Below, in pieces: positions 52,401-64,000 of a DNA stretch of 64,000 bases. The translations under genes and the position numbers were made by a program. The stretch is from Stylophora pistillata (Eukaryota). The notes beneath the pieces were generated by a model, which searched no databases, was not told where the DNA came from, and was given only the letters and a program-made list of their open reading frames with translations. The first letter of the stretch is position 1. The number at the start of each line of letters is the position of its first letter. The stretch covers positions 783,424-847,423 of the forward strand of contig NW_019217792.1 in the NCBI RefSeq assembly GCF_002571385.2. Reading direction: 5' to 3'.

Positions 52401-55400
52401 AAATGCATCACTTTTCTCGACCAATTAAATTCAAAACTAAAACCAATTGCAACGTGGCCAATCGTGTTTTCCTGCCCTGTGAGCAGTTTATTTGTTTTCA
52501 AACCCAGAGGGTGACATTGTCTTGTATTGTTAGGCACCAGACTAAACGCTCAAAGTATTTCTCTCCACCAAAAAGTATCAAAGAGTACTGGAAAAACTGT
52601 CAGGAAAACCGTACTATGAAATCCTGTTGCAATGACCTAGCATCCTATCCAAAAGAAGTAATAATACGGCTAGTCAATCAAACCTACAAAAACGAGGAAT
52701 ACAAACCAAAAATTATTGGCTACTTCACAGTAAGACCACAACATATTAACTGACCTGCGCTACACGGCATAAATGACATTCTGCTGCCATTTCCAAACCC
52801 TGTTTCTGGGCCCAAGTTTCCACTCTTGCCAGTCTTCTCCTTAGTCTGTAACCCCACTCTCTGGTACAAAGGCCCAACTGAGGCTGAAGTACAATCTTAT
52901 TGAATATCCACATATTGATATAGTGGAATAACTGTGCAAACACTTGAATGGTGAGAGCAGCGTTTACTCTGCAGCGTCGCAACAATGACATAGCCGAGGT
53001 CAGCGTATACAAGATGTCGGACACTGTAGGCTTGCCATGGCGTCTGCGGCCACCTTTAAACAACGATTTGTAAAAAAGTAGTGATAAGTAGTTTGTTCTC
53101 AGTATTGTCAATCTACATGTAGCATCCTCAAAGTGTTCTTATCAATTAAGCGGCAGCTCATTGCATTGATCAGTGGTCGAGTGCAATTTTTTTCAGAAAC
53201 AGAGAACTGAAAAAGGGAAACTTCCATAAGTTTCAAGTAGTCACTAACTTGTGTTTTCAAGGTGCTAAATTTGAAGTTGAAAAATTCGGTTCAAGCAGCT
53301 TTTACGACTAAAACAATTCATTTATTTATTTTTTTATTTCAACAACTTTATTGGGTTTGACTTCTAAAACAGCTTTAAAGATGTTTAAGCTTTGGGATGA
53401 ATGAGGTATTGGCCTCTGCATCTCATATGCTAAAAAAAGGTTAATCGTGAGATCAACTCACCAAGCCAGCTGTCCCCACCCATGGGTCTTCCAGAAGGAC
53501 CATATCGAAAACTACGTTCACCCATAATGTCATCAGGGGAGTTCATATCCATCATGGAATCTGCGTCACCATCTTCCATGTCAGCGTCCTCAGTGACATC
53601 AAGGAATGCTGACATCAGTTGTCGCAACTCCTGCTCTACACATTGCACAAGGTGTCTGAATGCCAGTTGAACAGACTGTGCTAATACTTGGTAACTGTCT
53701 TTCAAGTAGGGTGATACATCAATGTCTTGCTTCAGAAAATGGAGGAGCTCAGATGAGTTTGCCATCCAAAACGCCAGGCTACTTGGCAGCTGACTATTTT
53801 CCTGTGGGTAAAAAATTGACATGGTACTCAATCATCAGGTGACTTCTAAAAAACTTCAAGCAGATCTAGCCCTTTCACCTCCATGATGAGAATATTTATT
53901 CTCCTTACTGTCTGTCACACATTTTATATGATAATAGCAATGAGAATAAGATCTAAAATCAAACCAGTTTCCCTACATGATACTTATTTTCATTCTCATC
54001 ACCCTTCTGGCTGATGATGTTTTGATATTATAGAAAGAAACTACTTCCACATCAACTTAGACCAGCAGTAACAAAAAGTATGCCCAAACTATTTGCTTTG
54101 ATGCTTTCATCAGAAGGCAAGGTGACATTACTGGACATTAAATGGATAATTTTGGTGAAAGTAACTTGAATGATTCCCATGATAAACATCAACCTGTGGG
54201 AGAAAGGTCATGTGAGGCAATCAGGGTAAAAAGGAAGCCTTGGGTAGAAAGATGAAACTAAAAGAAAAAATAATGCAAGAATGCCACAAGCAAACTTTAC
54301 CTCAACTGTTGAGCGCACCATGTTGGCAATTTTCTGAACAGTGACACTCAACCTGTCACCACGCTGAAGCTTTGAAAGCTCCTCTCGATATGCTGGGGAG
54401 ATGCGATAACGACAGCACATGTAAAGAGTGTAGGTTGGTGCCAGTTTGAAGTGAACTCTGTCACCATTCACCTCACTGACTACTGCTGCAAAGAAAGCAT
54501 CTTCTCCCGACTCTCTAAACTCTAATCTTGCAGGAAGCCTGTCACCCATTCCATCATCTGAAATGTCATCAGCTGAAGAATGCAGACCCTCAGGTGGCTG
54601 GTCCTGACGCCCATGACCCTAACACAGAACACTTTTGGATCAGTCTTGATTGTATTACTCCCACGATCCATATGTAACCCTCCCTACTTGCTGCTTTACA
54701 TATCCATGCAAATTGATCAAGAATTTGGTGTAATAACAAGATAACAATCTTGAGCAGAAACTTTAAATATTCTCATCTCCTAATTGCTTGTGGGAATATA
54801 ACAGTGTGAGAAAGTAAAAAGTAAATTCATTGTTAGGATCAAGTTTGTACTCACAAGTTTTTCACTTGTGTAGGTCTCAACTTCACCATCAACGCCAAAG
54901 GTTGTCTCAAACAAGCCAGATTCATGATTGTTTGTTGCTTCCACATTGTTCTGCTCATATTCTCTGTTTTTTCCTCCAGGTTGATAAGGGCTAGCTAATA
55001 ATAAAATGCATTCCACAAAATTAAATTTTGTCCTAATCTATGTACATGTAATCTGGGTAAGAAATTCAGAGTCAGAAAGCATGACCAACTCAGGGTAAGA
55101 AGTACTGAATTGGATGAAATTACATTAGATGACATGGGATCACTGCATGACATGTAACCCTAAAACAATCTGCAATAAAAATATATATCACTAAAAATTG
55201 AAAATGCAGCAGTGGCATATTTGTGGAGTGGTTCTTGGTCTACTGTTTCAGTGTCAAATTGGAATATGGACTTTTGTTTGTTTGCATGTATATTGTTTTC
55301 CTGAGGCTTACGCTCACTATAATTTTATAAAGACAAGAGACTAAACTCCTATGTAACACTAGGTCTTGGGATGCTCACACAATGGGAGACAAATCCTCTT

Positions 55401-58400
55401 GCCAATGAGTTAAATTTCCTAGCTAGCTCTCCCGTACTTAAATGTAGCCCTTGCAAGGATTATTACCTATATCCGGATGACCGCTTCAGAGAATCTGTAT
55501 CAGTCACACTGTGCCCACTACTAACACCGCCAGTGTCAGGAACTGGTGAATTCTGCTTGGCTTTCTCTTCAAATGCTGGGTCACAGAACTTGAAAGTATG
55601 AAGTCTGCCAAACTTTATTATACTACCATGGTTCAGCTTGGTTGACTCATAAACTCTTCTTCCATCCACATATATTTCAGCATCACTGCTAGTTCGCTCA
55701 ACTGACACAATCCCATCCATATTTGTAATCACACAGTGACGAGGCAGGATGTGAGATCCAAACAACTCCAGATAGCTAACTGCAGATGACAGGGACTTTT
55801 CACTACCCACTTCGGTTATTTCCATGGGTAACCTGTGAATGTTTGCTTGGTAATCAAGCTCTCGGCCATCAGATGACAACTCTCAAAGATAGGGCAACAA
55901 ATGTTCTGGAAATGAATTTGCCAATCTTTCACCTATTGCTTTATCTGATGTGCTATCCATGGGTACCCTCGAAGGAGACTTTGACCTTCTCTTTTGTTTT
56001 CTATACTGAGGCAAGTTTGCCCTGCGACGTAAATGGAAGACAACGTGGCCTTGCTGTTGAGGCCAAGTTGCAGCAATGGCCAATGGGTTATCTTCATCAT
56101 GAACAACTCTTTCTTTTCCAATTGTATCTCCTCCAGTTACACCCCCAGCTGGTATGTTGACCATAACTAGGCAGTACTCTTCAGGATTTTCTTTTTCCAT
56201 GCCATATTTTTCCAATGCTTCTTTGACAACATGCGTTGTAGGATCACGCATTGAAACAAGAAGAGTCTTGTAAGGAATCTGAGGCTTGAGTGTTTCTGCA
56301 AAGATTTTCAGTGTGCCTCCACTGTCTGTCCCTCCGTCATTACTTTGAAATTCTTGAAGTCTGCGCTCCAGTTTTCGCTGACGGCGCATTTTCATGACTA
56401 TTTCTGGATTTGAAATGCTCCGCGTAAAACTGGTTTCAGGCAACTCATCGTAAAGAATTTGTGCAAGAGCAGAATCATCATTAGTTTTTGTAGGAGATGA
56501 AGGTTGACCTAAGATTTTAGCTTTCTTTGCTTCCTCTTTCCTTTTCTCTTTGAGCTCCTTTTTCTCTCTTTTTGACAACTTCCTCTTGAAATTTTGACCA
56601 GCTTCAAGGTCACCATCACTAGAGAAAACATTTGTAGTTACTAAGGCTTCCTGATCACTTTTCAGTAGAAATCGCCCTTCCCTGTCACCTTGCAGCCATA
56701 ACAGTTGCACGAACAAAGGCCTGTCCTCTTTCAAAAGCTTCCTGGATTCTGAAAATAAATACACAAGACAAATCTTTCAGTACCAGAGATTTAAAAACTT
56801 GCGGGAGATTTTAAAGGAGTCCTTTCTTACAGCTGTTTACCACCAATTAAAATCATAAATTTACTTAACATGGTGATCATGGAAAGGCTTGAGAAAGCCA
56901 CTGCAGCCATATCTATTTTAAAGAGTCGAGACTTCATCATTTTACTGCCAACTACTGTTGACTAACCCTTAAGCAATTCACCTTTGCTGAAGAAGAGAGG
57001 ATCTTAAAAGGGGAAAGTCAATGCACAAAGCCAAACGCTGAGTGGATCCAATATTCATTACTATTTCTCTACTCATAGATCAAGCGAGGTAAATTTACAA
57101 TGCCATGAGATATGAATTATAAATTAAACAATAAATTACAGCAAGCTACCAGCTATACTGTTGATCGTAATTTCTTGGTTTTTGCTACATGCATTTTTTC
57201 ACTTTGAAATGTGTTCTATGTTTAACTCACATAAAAGCAGTTTCCATAAAAACTTTTAATTAACTTTCATAAGATTAGAATACTTCATATCAGTGTTTCT
57301 GTATGAAAAAAAAATTCCATGACATCCATGGATTTCATATAATCTTGGGTAAGGTCACTTGAAGGAAGCAAAAAACACAAGAGTTGTCAAATATTTGACA
57401 AGCAGGATCCCTTAAAAGAGTTTTATAAACAGCTATTTTATAAGGAACAAAACAATTATTTTAAAAGTGGTTGCTCAGAGAAAGAGGTTTCTGGACAGAG
57501 AGATCATCGGGAGATAGCAGATCACATATTAGTAAACCACTGTCGTATTTGTCTCTGGTTTAGACTTAAAAATCTTGAGAGGCATCTACTAATTAATCTA
57601 CTTCAAACAAAACTTCCCCTATTTCCATATGCAAATAAAACATTGCAATCTCCTCGCTTTTCTAAGTTGTCAAGTGAAATTGCATTTTTCAGATACCCTA
57701 AGAATTTCATGCTGGCCCTAGATGTACAAACAAAGGACAGATTTATATTTAATCACAACTAATTATGATCACTCTTGGCTTAAAATAGACTGCTTTTTTC
57801 CCCAGTTAGTATACAAAATGTTATGTATACCTTTGACAGCACTGTGCTGGAATAACATTTAAAACATAACCCACATTCATGTAAGGAGTGGGTTGAGAAG
57901 CAAGTTATTACTTTCTTGCATTCAATTCTTTTTTCAGTATTCCACATGTTTTGCACCACAAAGTTAACAAAATGATTAACATTATGCATGTGTTAGGCAA
58001 CAACACAAAGAACTTTGAAGATGGAATATTAGAATTTCTCATCAGCTCATGGAGTACCCACAAATTACTATTCCCTAGATCTGATAAGCAAAAAAAAAAA
58101 ACTTGAAAAAGCTTCCCCAATCAACTTGTGTGAAGACTGAAAAGATTAAACATCCTAACAAATTAATGGCCGTTCTGATGAGACAACATTGATTGTATCA
58201 TCAAGCAAATAAAATTTTACCAGACAAATTGTCTACTCTTGACTTCTTTCTGCATATTAGCTCTTAACCTTCAATTCATACAGCCACACAGTCACTTTTT
58301 TCATTCTCGAACTATCTAATTTATCCCAGATCGAGACAGATCTTTATCCAGAATACACCTCTAAAAATTCTAATGTTACAAAACCAAGGTGAACAGAAAT

Positions 58401-59747
58401 CGGTCTTGTGAGAAGTCCAAACTGAAATATGATGTATTTCAGGATCTATTTCACACAGAGCGAATATCAGAGATATTTACAACCGTTAAGAATACTGCTT
58501 GGTACGAATAAATGGAGCAGTAAATATTCCTTTCAAACTTTCAAAACGGTCAGAACCAAAAGTACCACATTTTCATCAACAAAGAGCGACAAAAAAATTG
58601 TCTCAATTAACCTGGCTTGGTTCGAAATGTTCGGTTGCTTACATGAAGAATGCCAGACATCCTCTGTCAGGAAATATGACACAGGAATTAAATACCAAAG
58701 GAATTAAGACGAAAGGTCAATCATACTGAAGGAAAGAGAATCTTATCCTTCAAGCAAAACCAGCGAGATGCTACAAAAGCTTGTAAGAGAATCCAAAGTT
58801 GTGTTCTTATCAATATCCTAGTGGTTTTGATTAATTTTTCATCTCAAAACATATCTTTGGACGCCCGAACTTGAAGCCTTGAACACGTACCAAAACATTA
58901 AAAGATCTTGAAAATAGCGCATGATGCGCACTTTCGGTCTTCGAGTGAAACGTGTTGTAAGACTAGGCGTTTTCAAAGTTTTATTGTTCACTGCAGTCAA
59001 GCTGCGTTTTAAACTGAACGATTAGAACGATAAACAATGTACAACTTCATTCGACAGTGCTTGGCGATCTGTTGGACACGCTGGAGACAAGTTCGGGTGA
59101 GCGTAACGGCATCCCCAGGCCGATAAAAAGAGAAACAAATCCTTGAAGAATCAAAAGAATTTTTCATTTAAAAAAAATCGGGTCTTATTATAATTTATGA
59201 CCAAGCCGCATGAAAACAAGAGAGAGGACGCGAAATTTACAACCGTCACACGCGATAGTAACTTCGTTAGTTCATTTTCCTGAAAGGTTTCTCGGCTTAC
59301 CTCCGCTTGGATGAACCTCGAAGAGAGAGTAATTTGGATTAGAAAGCATCTTCATATCCGGGCGAAACTTTTCCACTAGAGTTCTCGTAACATCGTCGGC
59401 TGTTTCCGTGCTGGTAACGCGGACACATTTCGTGGACATTTTTGCTCCTGCATCTTGAAAATAAAACCGCATCACTCCGCGGTACACTAATTCCTGAGAA
59501 ATGAATATGGCGAAAGATTGTCAACCCAAACGGCGTTCACTAACAAGGTATGTTTCAAGAAGCAAAATCTGGTTAAGAACGGTCAGCATCTAAGTGTTAA
59601 AACCTGGCTGTAAGGATCGAAACCTACCTCATCGGGTTCGCTGATTGCAAAGATGTCTAAGCGGCATGCGTTCCATTCGGCAATCAGTTTTCGCAAATGT
59701 GCGCGTTCCTCTTGCCGTGTTCGAATTCCATCCATGTTGCTTGGCAT
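40425..59747 (-). CDS. AFDN: Afadin/AF-6/Canoe (RA-RA-FHA-DIL-PDZ, long charged helical region, Pro-rich region, actin-binding tail), with one in-frame TGA at 55885-55883
   Basis: Exons 59747-59628, 59493-59301, 56748-55467, 54990-54855, 54618-54301, 53801-53462, 53053-52755, 51646-51504, 51143-50944, 50359-50285, 50193-50165, 50021-49944, 49831-49766, 48980-48907, 48090-47972, 46996-45954, 45550-44855, 42506-42310, 41874-40425 (6858 nt, in frame). Motifs WNACRLDIFAISEP, GVMRFYFQD, EKFRPDMKMLS, FTRSISNPE, AMSLLRRCRVNAALTIQ, GMGLSIVAAKG, KQGAIYHGLATLLSQPSP. Alternative ATG at 59735. Confidence 0.93.
46420..46600 (-). repeat. 39-bp coding tandem repeat (EEERRRAEEQRRL)n in afadin
   Basis: About 4 near-identical 13-aa units within the 45915-46958 ORF. 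Confidence 0.8.
47130..47570 (+). mobile_element. tRNA-derived SINE family B with a 93-bp tandemly duplicated G-rich tail, inserted in a TTAA MITE (47028-47691)
   Basis: A and B boxes at 47140-47200. Tail 47384-47476 is repeated at 47477-47570. Confidence 0.8.
48331..48397 (-). repeat. Intronic duplicate of the acceptor and 5' half of afadin exon 48090-47972
   Basis: Nearly identical to 48037-48102 (GCC>ACC change), including TCTGTTTCCCAG|G. Confidence 0.85.
49345..49709. mobile_element. PIF/Harbinger-like MITE
   Basis: TIRs GGGACCTTAAGAAACCACGACGGCGAC / GTCGCCGTGGTGGTTTCTTAAAGTCCC, flanked by TTA / TAA. Confidence 0.75.
52173..52319. mobile_element. Small MITE
   Basis: Perfect 14-bp TIRs ATAGGTGGTTTGCA / TGCAAACCACCTAT. 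Confidence 0.65.
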
Positions 59748-61808
59748 TTACGAGGTTCAATCACATTATAGGAGCAAACTTTTACTACTACACGACCCGC
59801 TAAATTCGATCTAATAACAAATACGCATTTACACACTAGCGAGACTGTTTGACTTCAAACGAACTCCATCACTCGGACGAATATCCTAACCACCGTCAAC
59901 GATGGCAAGAATGCATAATAACCGATCATCAATTCTAGTCTCTGATTGGTCGACAAATAAACGGAATGTATCGTCACTTGCTCTGCTGTTTTTCTTACAG
60001 GGGTGGGTGGGGCAAAGGCGTTAATTTAGTAACTTGCGTGATAGTCCATCAGAGAAACCATATCCAAACTTTTCACGGTTGAAAAATTAATTATCTAGAT
60101 AAACCGTAGGCGGCTCTCCATTACAAGCAAATATTTTAAAACCGCGGTTTTTCGCGTTCCATGAGGAGAAATTCAAGTTGCAATGAGACGGTACTCTCAA
60201 CGAAGTTACACGACCCCATGTGAAGTGTCTGTTAATAACACAACTAGCAACTATTTGGTTTATTCAAATCGAAACTTGCATAATTAATAAGAAGTACAAC
60301 TGAAATACATCGAGCAGAAAAGTTATTTAACAATTATCATACTCAGTTGACGTCATGATCTAAAATCGTGAACAATCTTTGAATTCTCAGTCACTGAAAT
60401 AGCGTGCGATTGGGATAATTTTTTATTTGCTTTCTAATGTTTGAAGATGTTCAACTATTCCATGAACGTGAGCGACACAAATCAGGGAAAGATAGACTGA
60501 TCTTATCGCCGCGATTTTTCAAGATCGTGACTCTAAATGGCATTTTGTCAAGTGACAATTTCAATTTGGTTAAATTTCTCCCAGACTTGACCCCGCAATA
60601 ATTGCCGGAACCACAAGGTACGGTGCACAATTGTTTAAATTTCGACGTGATGATGTAATCCCCCTCGACCTGTGATACTGCTAGCAGAACTTTATGTTAA
60701 ACATTTTATTCACTCACTAACTTTTGTAAGCTTCCCAGAACACGTAGTGAATTTTGATGAGGCTAGCAAACAATCGAACAATGAAAGGAAAAAAATTAAA
60801 ATTCTGATGTTTGCAAACTTTTAAAGAATGAACGCCTTTTTCAAAAATGACAAAAATGAGAACAGAAAAATTATGTTATAAAAGTTCTTCCCTACCTAAC
60901 TACATAAAATTCTATTGTTACTTGAGGAAAGTTAAACTGTTCAAAGGTTAAAGATAAGGAAAACAAACAAACAAACAAACATGGAACTGACCCTTGCTTT
61001 GTTTGTCTTTCTCTTAAAACATTCCCATAAGAAATTAATGCCCTTTAACACTATCTCTTCATAAACGTTTCCACATGCTGCTTTCAATCGGTAATTTCTT
61101 CCGGATTAATAAAATTTAAAACTCTTCTCTAAAATTTCGATCATCACTAAAGATCGAGTGCATCATGGTAGATGTCTTAACGCCAATATTGCGTAATTTT
61201 TCACAGAATGCCTTGTAAACTTCCGTAATCTGACATCTTGTCACTGATCCATCAGCTTAATCACGGATTGCATGAATTTTCAAAATGCCTTGAGAATTTT
61301 TTAAAACACTCTTCCTGATGACGTCAAATAAAGTGCACATTTTCCATTGTTTAAAAGAATGCCCTGCCACTCAATGAAAAAGCGCCGCTCTGATAAAGAA
61401 AAAAGCAGCACAAAACAATGGGGCTCTGCAGCCTTTTTTCGGCGCAAATAAGAAACTTTTGCAGAACTTTAAAAAATTTACAGTAATATTCTGCGAGCAA
61501 ACAAAGACAAAACCAAACTGCTATCTCAAGGCTCCGAGGACTTGCTTTGGCGCTGAAAAATAAACTTCTGAACATCTTTGGAACATTTCATTTTGTCGAA
61601 GTATTTCAAACATATGTCCTTTGTCCTAGTTTTATTATCGCAGTTCCCGAGTTCAATGTGTATTTTTTTCCGAGAGCTAATATTTTTTTTTTCCGATTTC
61701 CTTCAAACGAATATTGAGACAGACTTTGCACTTTGCTAAAACCACAGAATGATAGTTACACCATAGTTAGTTGAGGGAGTGAGTAGAGGCTCTAACCAAT
61801 TGAGCTAA

Positions 61809-61975
61809 CCGCCTCCCGGTTAGCTCAATTGGTCAGAGCCATATTCTAGTCTTCTCGGATAAGGACGAATAAACCGTAGGCCCCGTCTCCTGCAGGGTTA
61901 GGGGTAGGAGACGTTTATTTCCCACGCACGAGATTACTGTGTGGTGGATGTCCTCCCCTGGGGTGGGATGGGAGA
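61809..61975 (+). mobile_element. Internally deleted SINE family B copy with a fold-back at its head
   Basis: CCGCCTCCCGGTTAGCTCAATTGG joined directly to ATATTCTAGTCTTCTCGGATAAGGACG...GGGGTGGGATGG. Preceded by the inverted head CTCTAACCAATTGAGCTAACCG. Confidence 0.75.
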
Positions 61976-63123
61976 TCGTTACATGGACTGAAGCGGCTGC
62001 CAGAGGCGCCTGATAATGCTGACTTCCGATCTCAACCTTATCATTTGTAACTAAACACGTTTGTTGTTTCGAGTGCTTAAGACTTTCTTTCTACTTTCTT
62101 AAAATTTCTCTAGAGCGAAGGAAACGCTGCCAATGATCCTGCTCACGATTACTCTTTCGATGTTCCTGAAGTTAAAGAAAGTTAGGAAAGAGAAAGTCCC
62201 CCAATTACCCTGATCTCAGAGGGGTAATCTACAATCTTGGGGATGAAAACCCTAGCAAGGAATTTGCAAATACAAGTGCATCACATGACGTCTCTAGCTG
62301 TGATTAAAACTCTCTCTGTAGTCAAGAATTGAAAATCAAAAAGGTTGAAAAGACTTGCTCCTCACACACAAATATAGACATGTAGAAATGTCTTAGTCAC
62401 ATTACTGATAACAGTAAAAACCTTCAAACAGTATTACAACAGCACGACTTTAATTCTAAGGGAATATGGAAACTCTACAAAACTTTCTGACATAATTTTT
62501 AATGTAATGCATGAAAGTGTACCCACAATGTAACTCAGCGTGATAACAAGTAATTTGCTTGTTAATCTAACCTTGTAATCTTTGACAGTTATACAAATAC
62601 TTACACAAACTTTCAAAAACTATATTTCTACATGAACATCAATAAAATTGATGTAGGAAGCTAAGAGCAAACAAAGTATATTTTAAACTTTGCATCTTCT
62701 CTGTAGAGACTGTTGCTATCTAAACTCTTATCCTGTCTGGACAAATTTAACAGGAAAATAATAAAAGAGTAAAAAAACCCAGGTTTATCAGATCCATGGC
62801 AAGCATATAAGTCATTAAACATTTGCCATGAAGTTAGTGAACACTAACGTGGGGTGTTTTCATCTTGGGTGTCCATGACATTTAAAAAAGACAATATAAA
62901 GAGAGGTGCCCAAAGAAGTATGTTGAAACCTAGATAATTTCTCTTGATGTTATGTTGGCACTTGTACTAATATTACACATAGCTATCATGAAAAATAGGA
63001 CAGGACAAACAAAAGTAAAGGGTGAGTAAACTGCCTGTTCCAGTGGAAAAACTAACAGGTAAATGTCATAAAAACTAATGATAATTTTGTGACTACATGT
63101 TCATGTAAATAGAGAAAAATTTT

Positions 63124-63887
63124 TCAGTCCTCTTCAACTTCATCCTCCACCTCAAGTTCTTGTTCAGCATCACCATTTTCTTCATCCCCATTAACTGCTT
63201 CAGGACTGTCCTCCTTCTCATCCCCATCGGCCTCAACCTCTGCTTCAGCTTCCTCTTCTTGTTCCTCTTTCTCTGGACTTGGAGATTTCTTCTCCTCTTC
63301 CTCCACAGATTTGGATCTTGAACGCTCCTTTTCCTTTGACTGTGAACGTGACTTGCGGGACTTGGAGGGTGACCGGGAGTGAGAGGAAGAATTATGACGT
63401 TTCTTTGGGGATTTAGAGCGTGACTTGGATTGACTTCGTGAGTGGGAATGGCTTCTGACAGAAAAAACAAAGAGAAGCCTTAATTACAGAGTGCACTGAT
63501 TACACACAAATTTGCACCTACAATACCATATGTTGATTCTATTGATTGACTTCTGGAAAAAATACTTTCTTTTCTGAGGAGAAATTTTTCACCATCAGTG
63601 TCTATATTTCACTACAAAGATAACAAAATATTTGGATGACCTTTGTCCAATAAATCAACCCATGTTAGACAAACTGATCTATGACAAACTGTACAAAGCT
63701 TGCACTTTTTATAGATCTAGCCATTGATATTAACCCATGTATGGTTTCTTACAAGGAATGAAAAATCTGTAGTTCACTCTCATTTTCAAATAAGCATTAG
63801 ATTTAATCATGCATACCTTTTTCTGCGTTTTGGGGAGCGAGATCGACTGCGACTGCGTGAGCGTCGTGAGGAGGATCTCACCTTTTC
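63124..63887 (-). CDS. Last two coding exons of an RS-domain protein with an acidic tail (probably a splicing factor); 5' part lies beyond the window
   Basis: Exons 63887-63817 (EKVRSSSRRSRSRSRSRSPKRRK) and 63454-63124 (SHSHSRSQSKSRSKSPKK...EEEEKKSPSPEKEE...EVEED*) join in frame through GT-AG sites. Confidence 0.75.
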
Positions 63888-64000
63888 CTAGGTACAAAAA
63901 AATTTAATATAAAATCCTGCCAACCAAGCAAAAAGAATAAGGTATGTTACTACAGTTTCCTTCTGCTGAAGTTTGCTCCCTCTAGAAGTTTTTGCATTCA

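Noticed and set aside
63093-63470. 125-aa ORF in an alternative frame
   Set aside because: The splice phase from exon 63887-63817 selects the RS/acidic frame that ends at 63124.

Overview
AT-rich, intron-rich animal genomic DNA. The repeat families look like those of anthozoan/coral genomes (inference, not proven). I traced six protein-coding genes by hand through their splice sites: an SRRM1/SRm160-like PWI gene (-, runs off the left edge), intronless SURF6 (+), IFT88 (-, 28 coding exons, ~837 aa), RMI1 (+, 11 exons, ~707 aa), afadin (-, 19 exons, ~2285 codons) and the last two exons of an RS-rich protein (-, right edge). SRRM1/SURF6 and IFT88/RMI1 are head-to-head pairs with only ~110 and ~155 bp between start codons. 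Main highlights: (1) a 912-nt phase-0/phase-0 exon encoding a complete, catalytically intact SGNH (PAF-AH Ib-like) esterase can splice in frame into the SRRM1-like gene, predicting a PWI-SGNH fusion; (2) a single in-frame TGA interrupts an otherwise intact afadin; (3) IFT88 has a U12-type minor intron that contains a long SINE-derived hairpin; (4) IFT88 introns carry Penelope-type minimal hammerhead ribozyme motifs; (5) introns contain many nested MITE/SINE insertions and a 307-bp hairpin-bearing tandem array. No CRISPR arrays, rRNA genes or credible tRNA genes were found.
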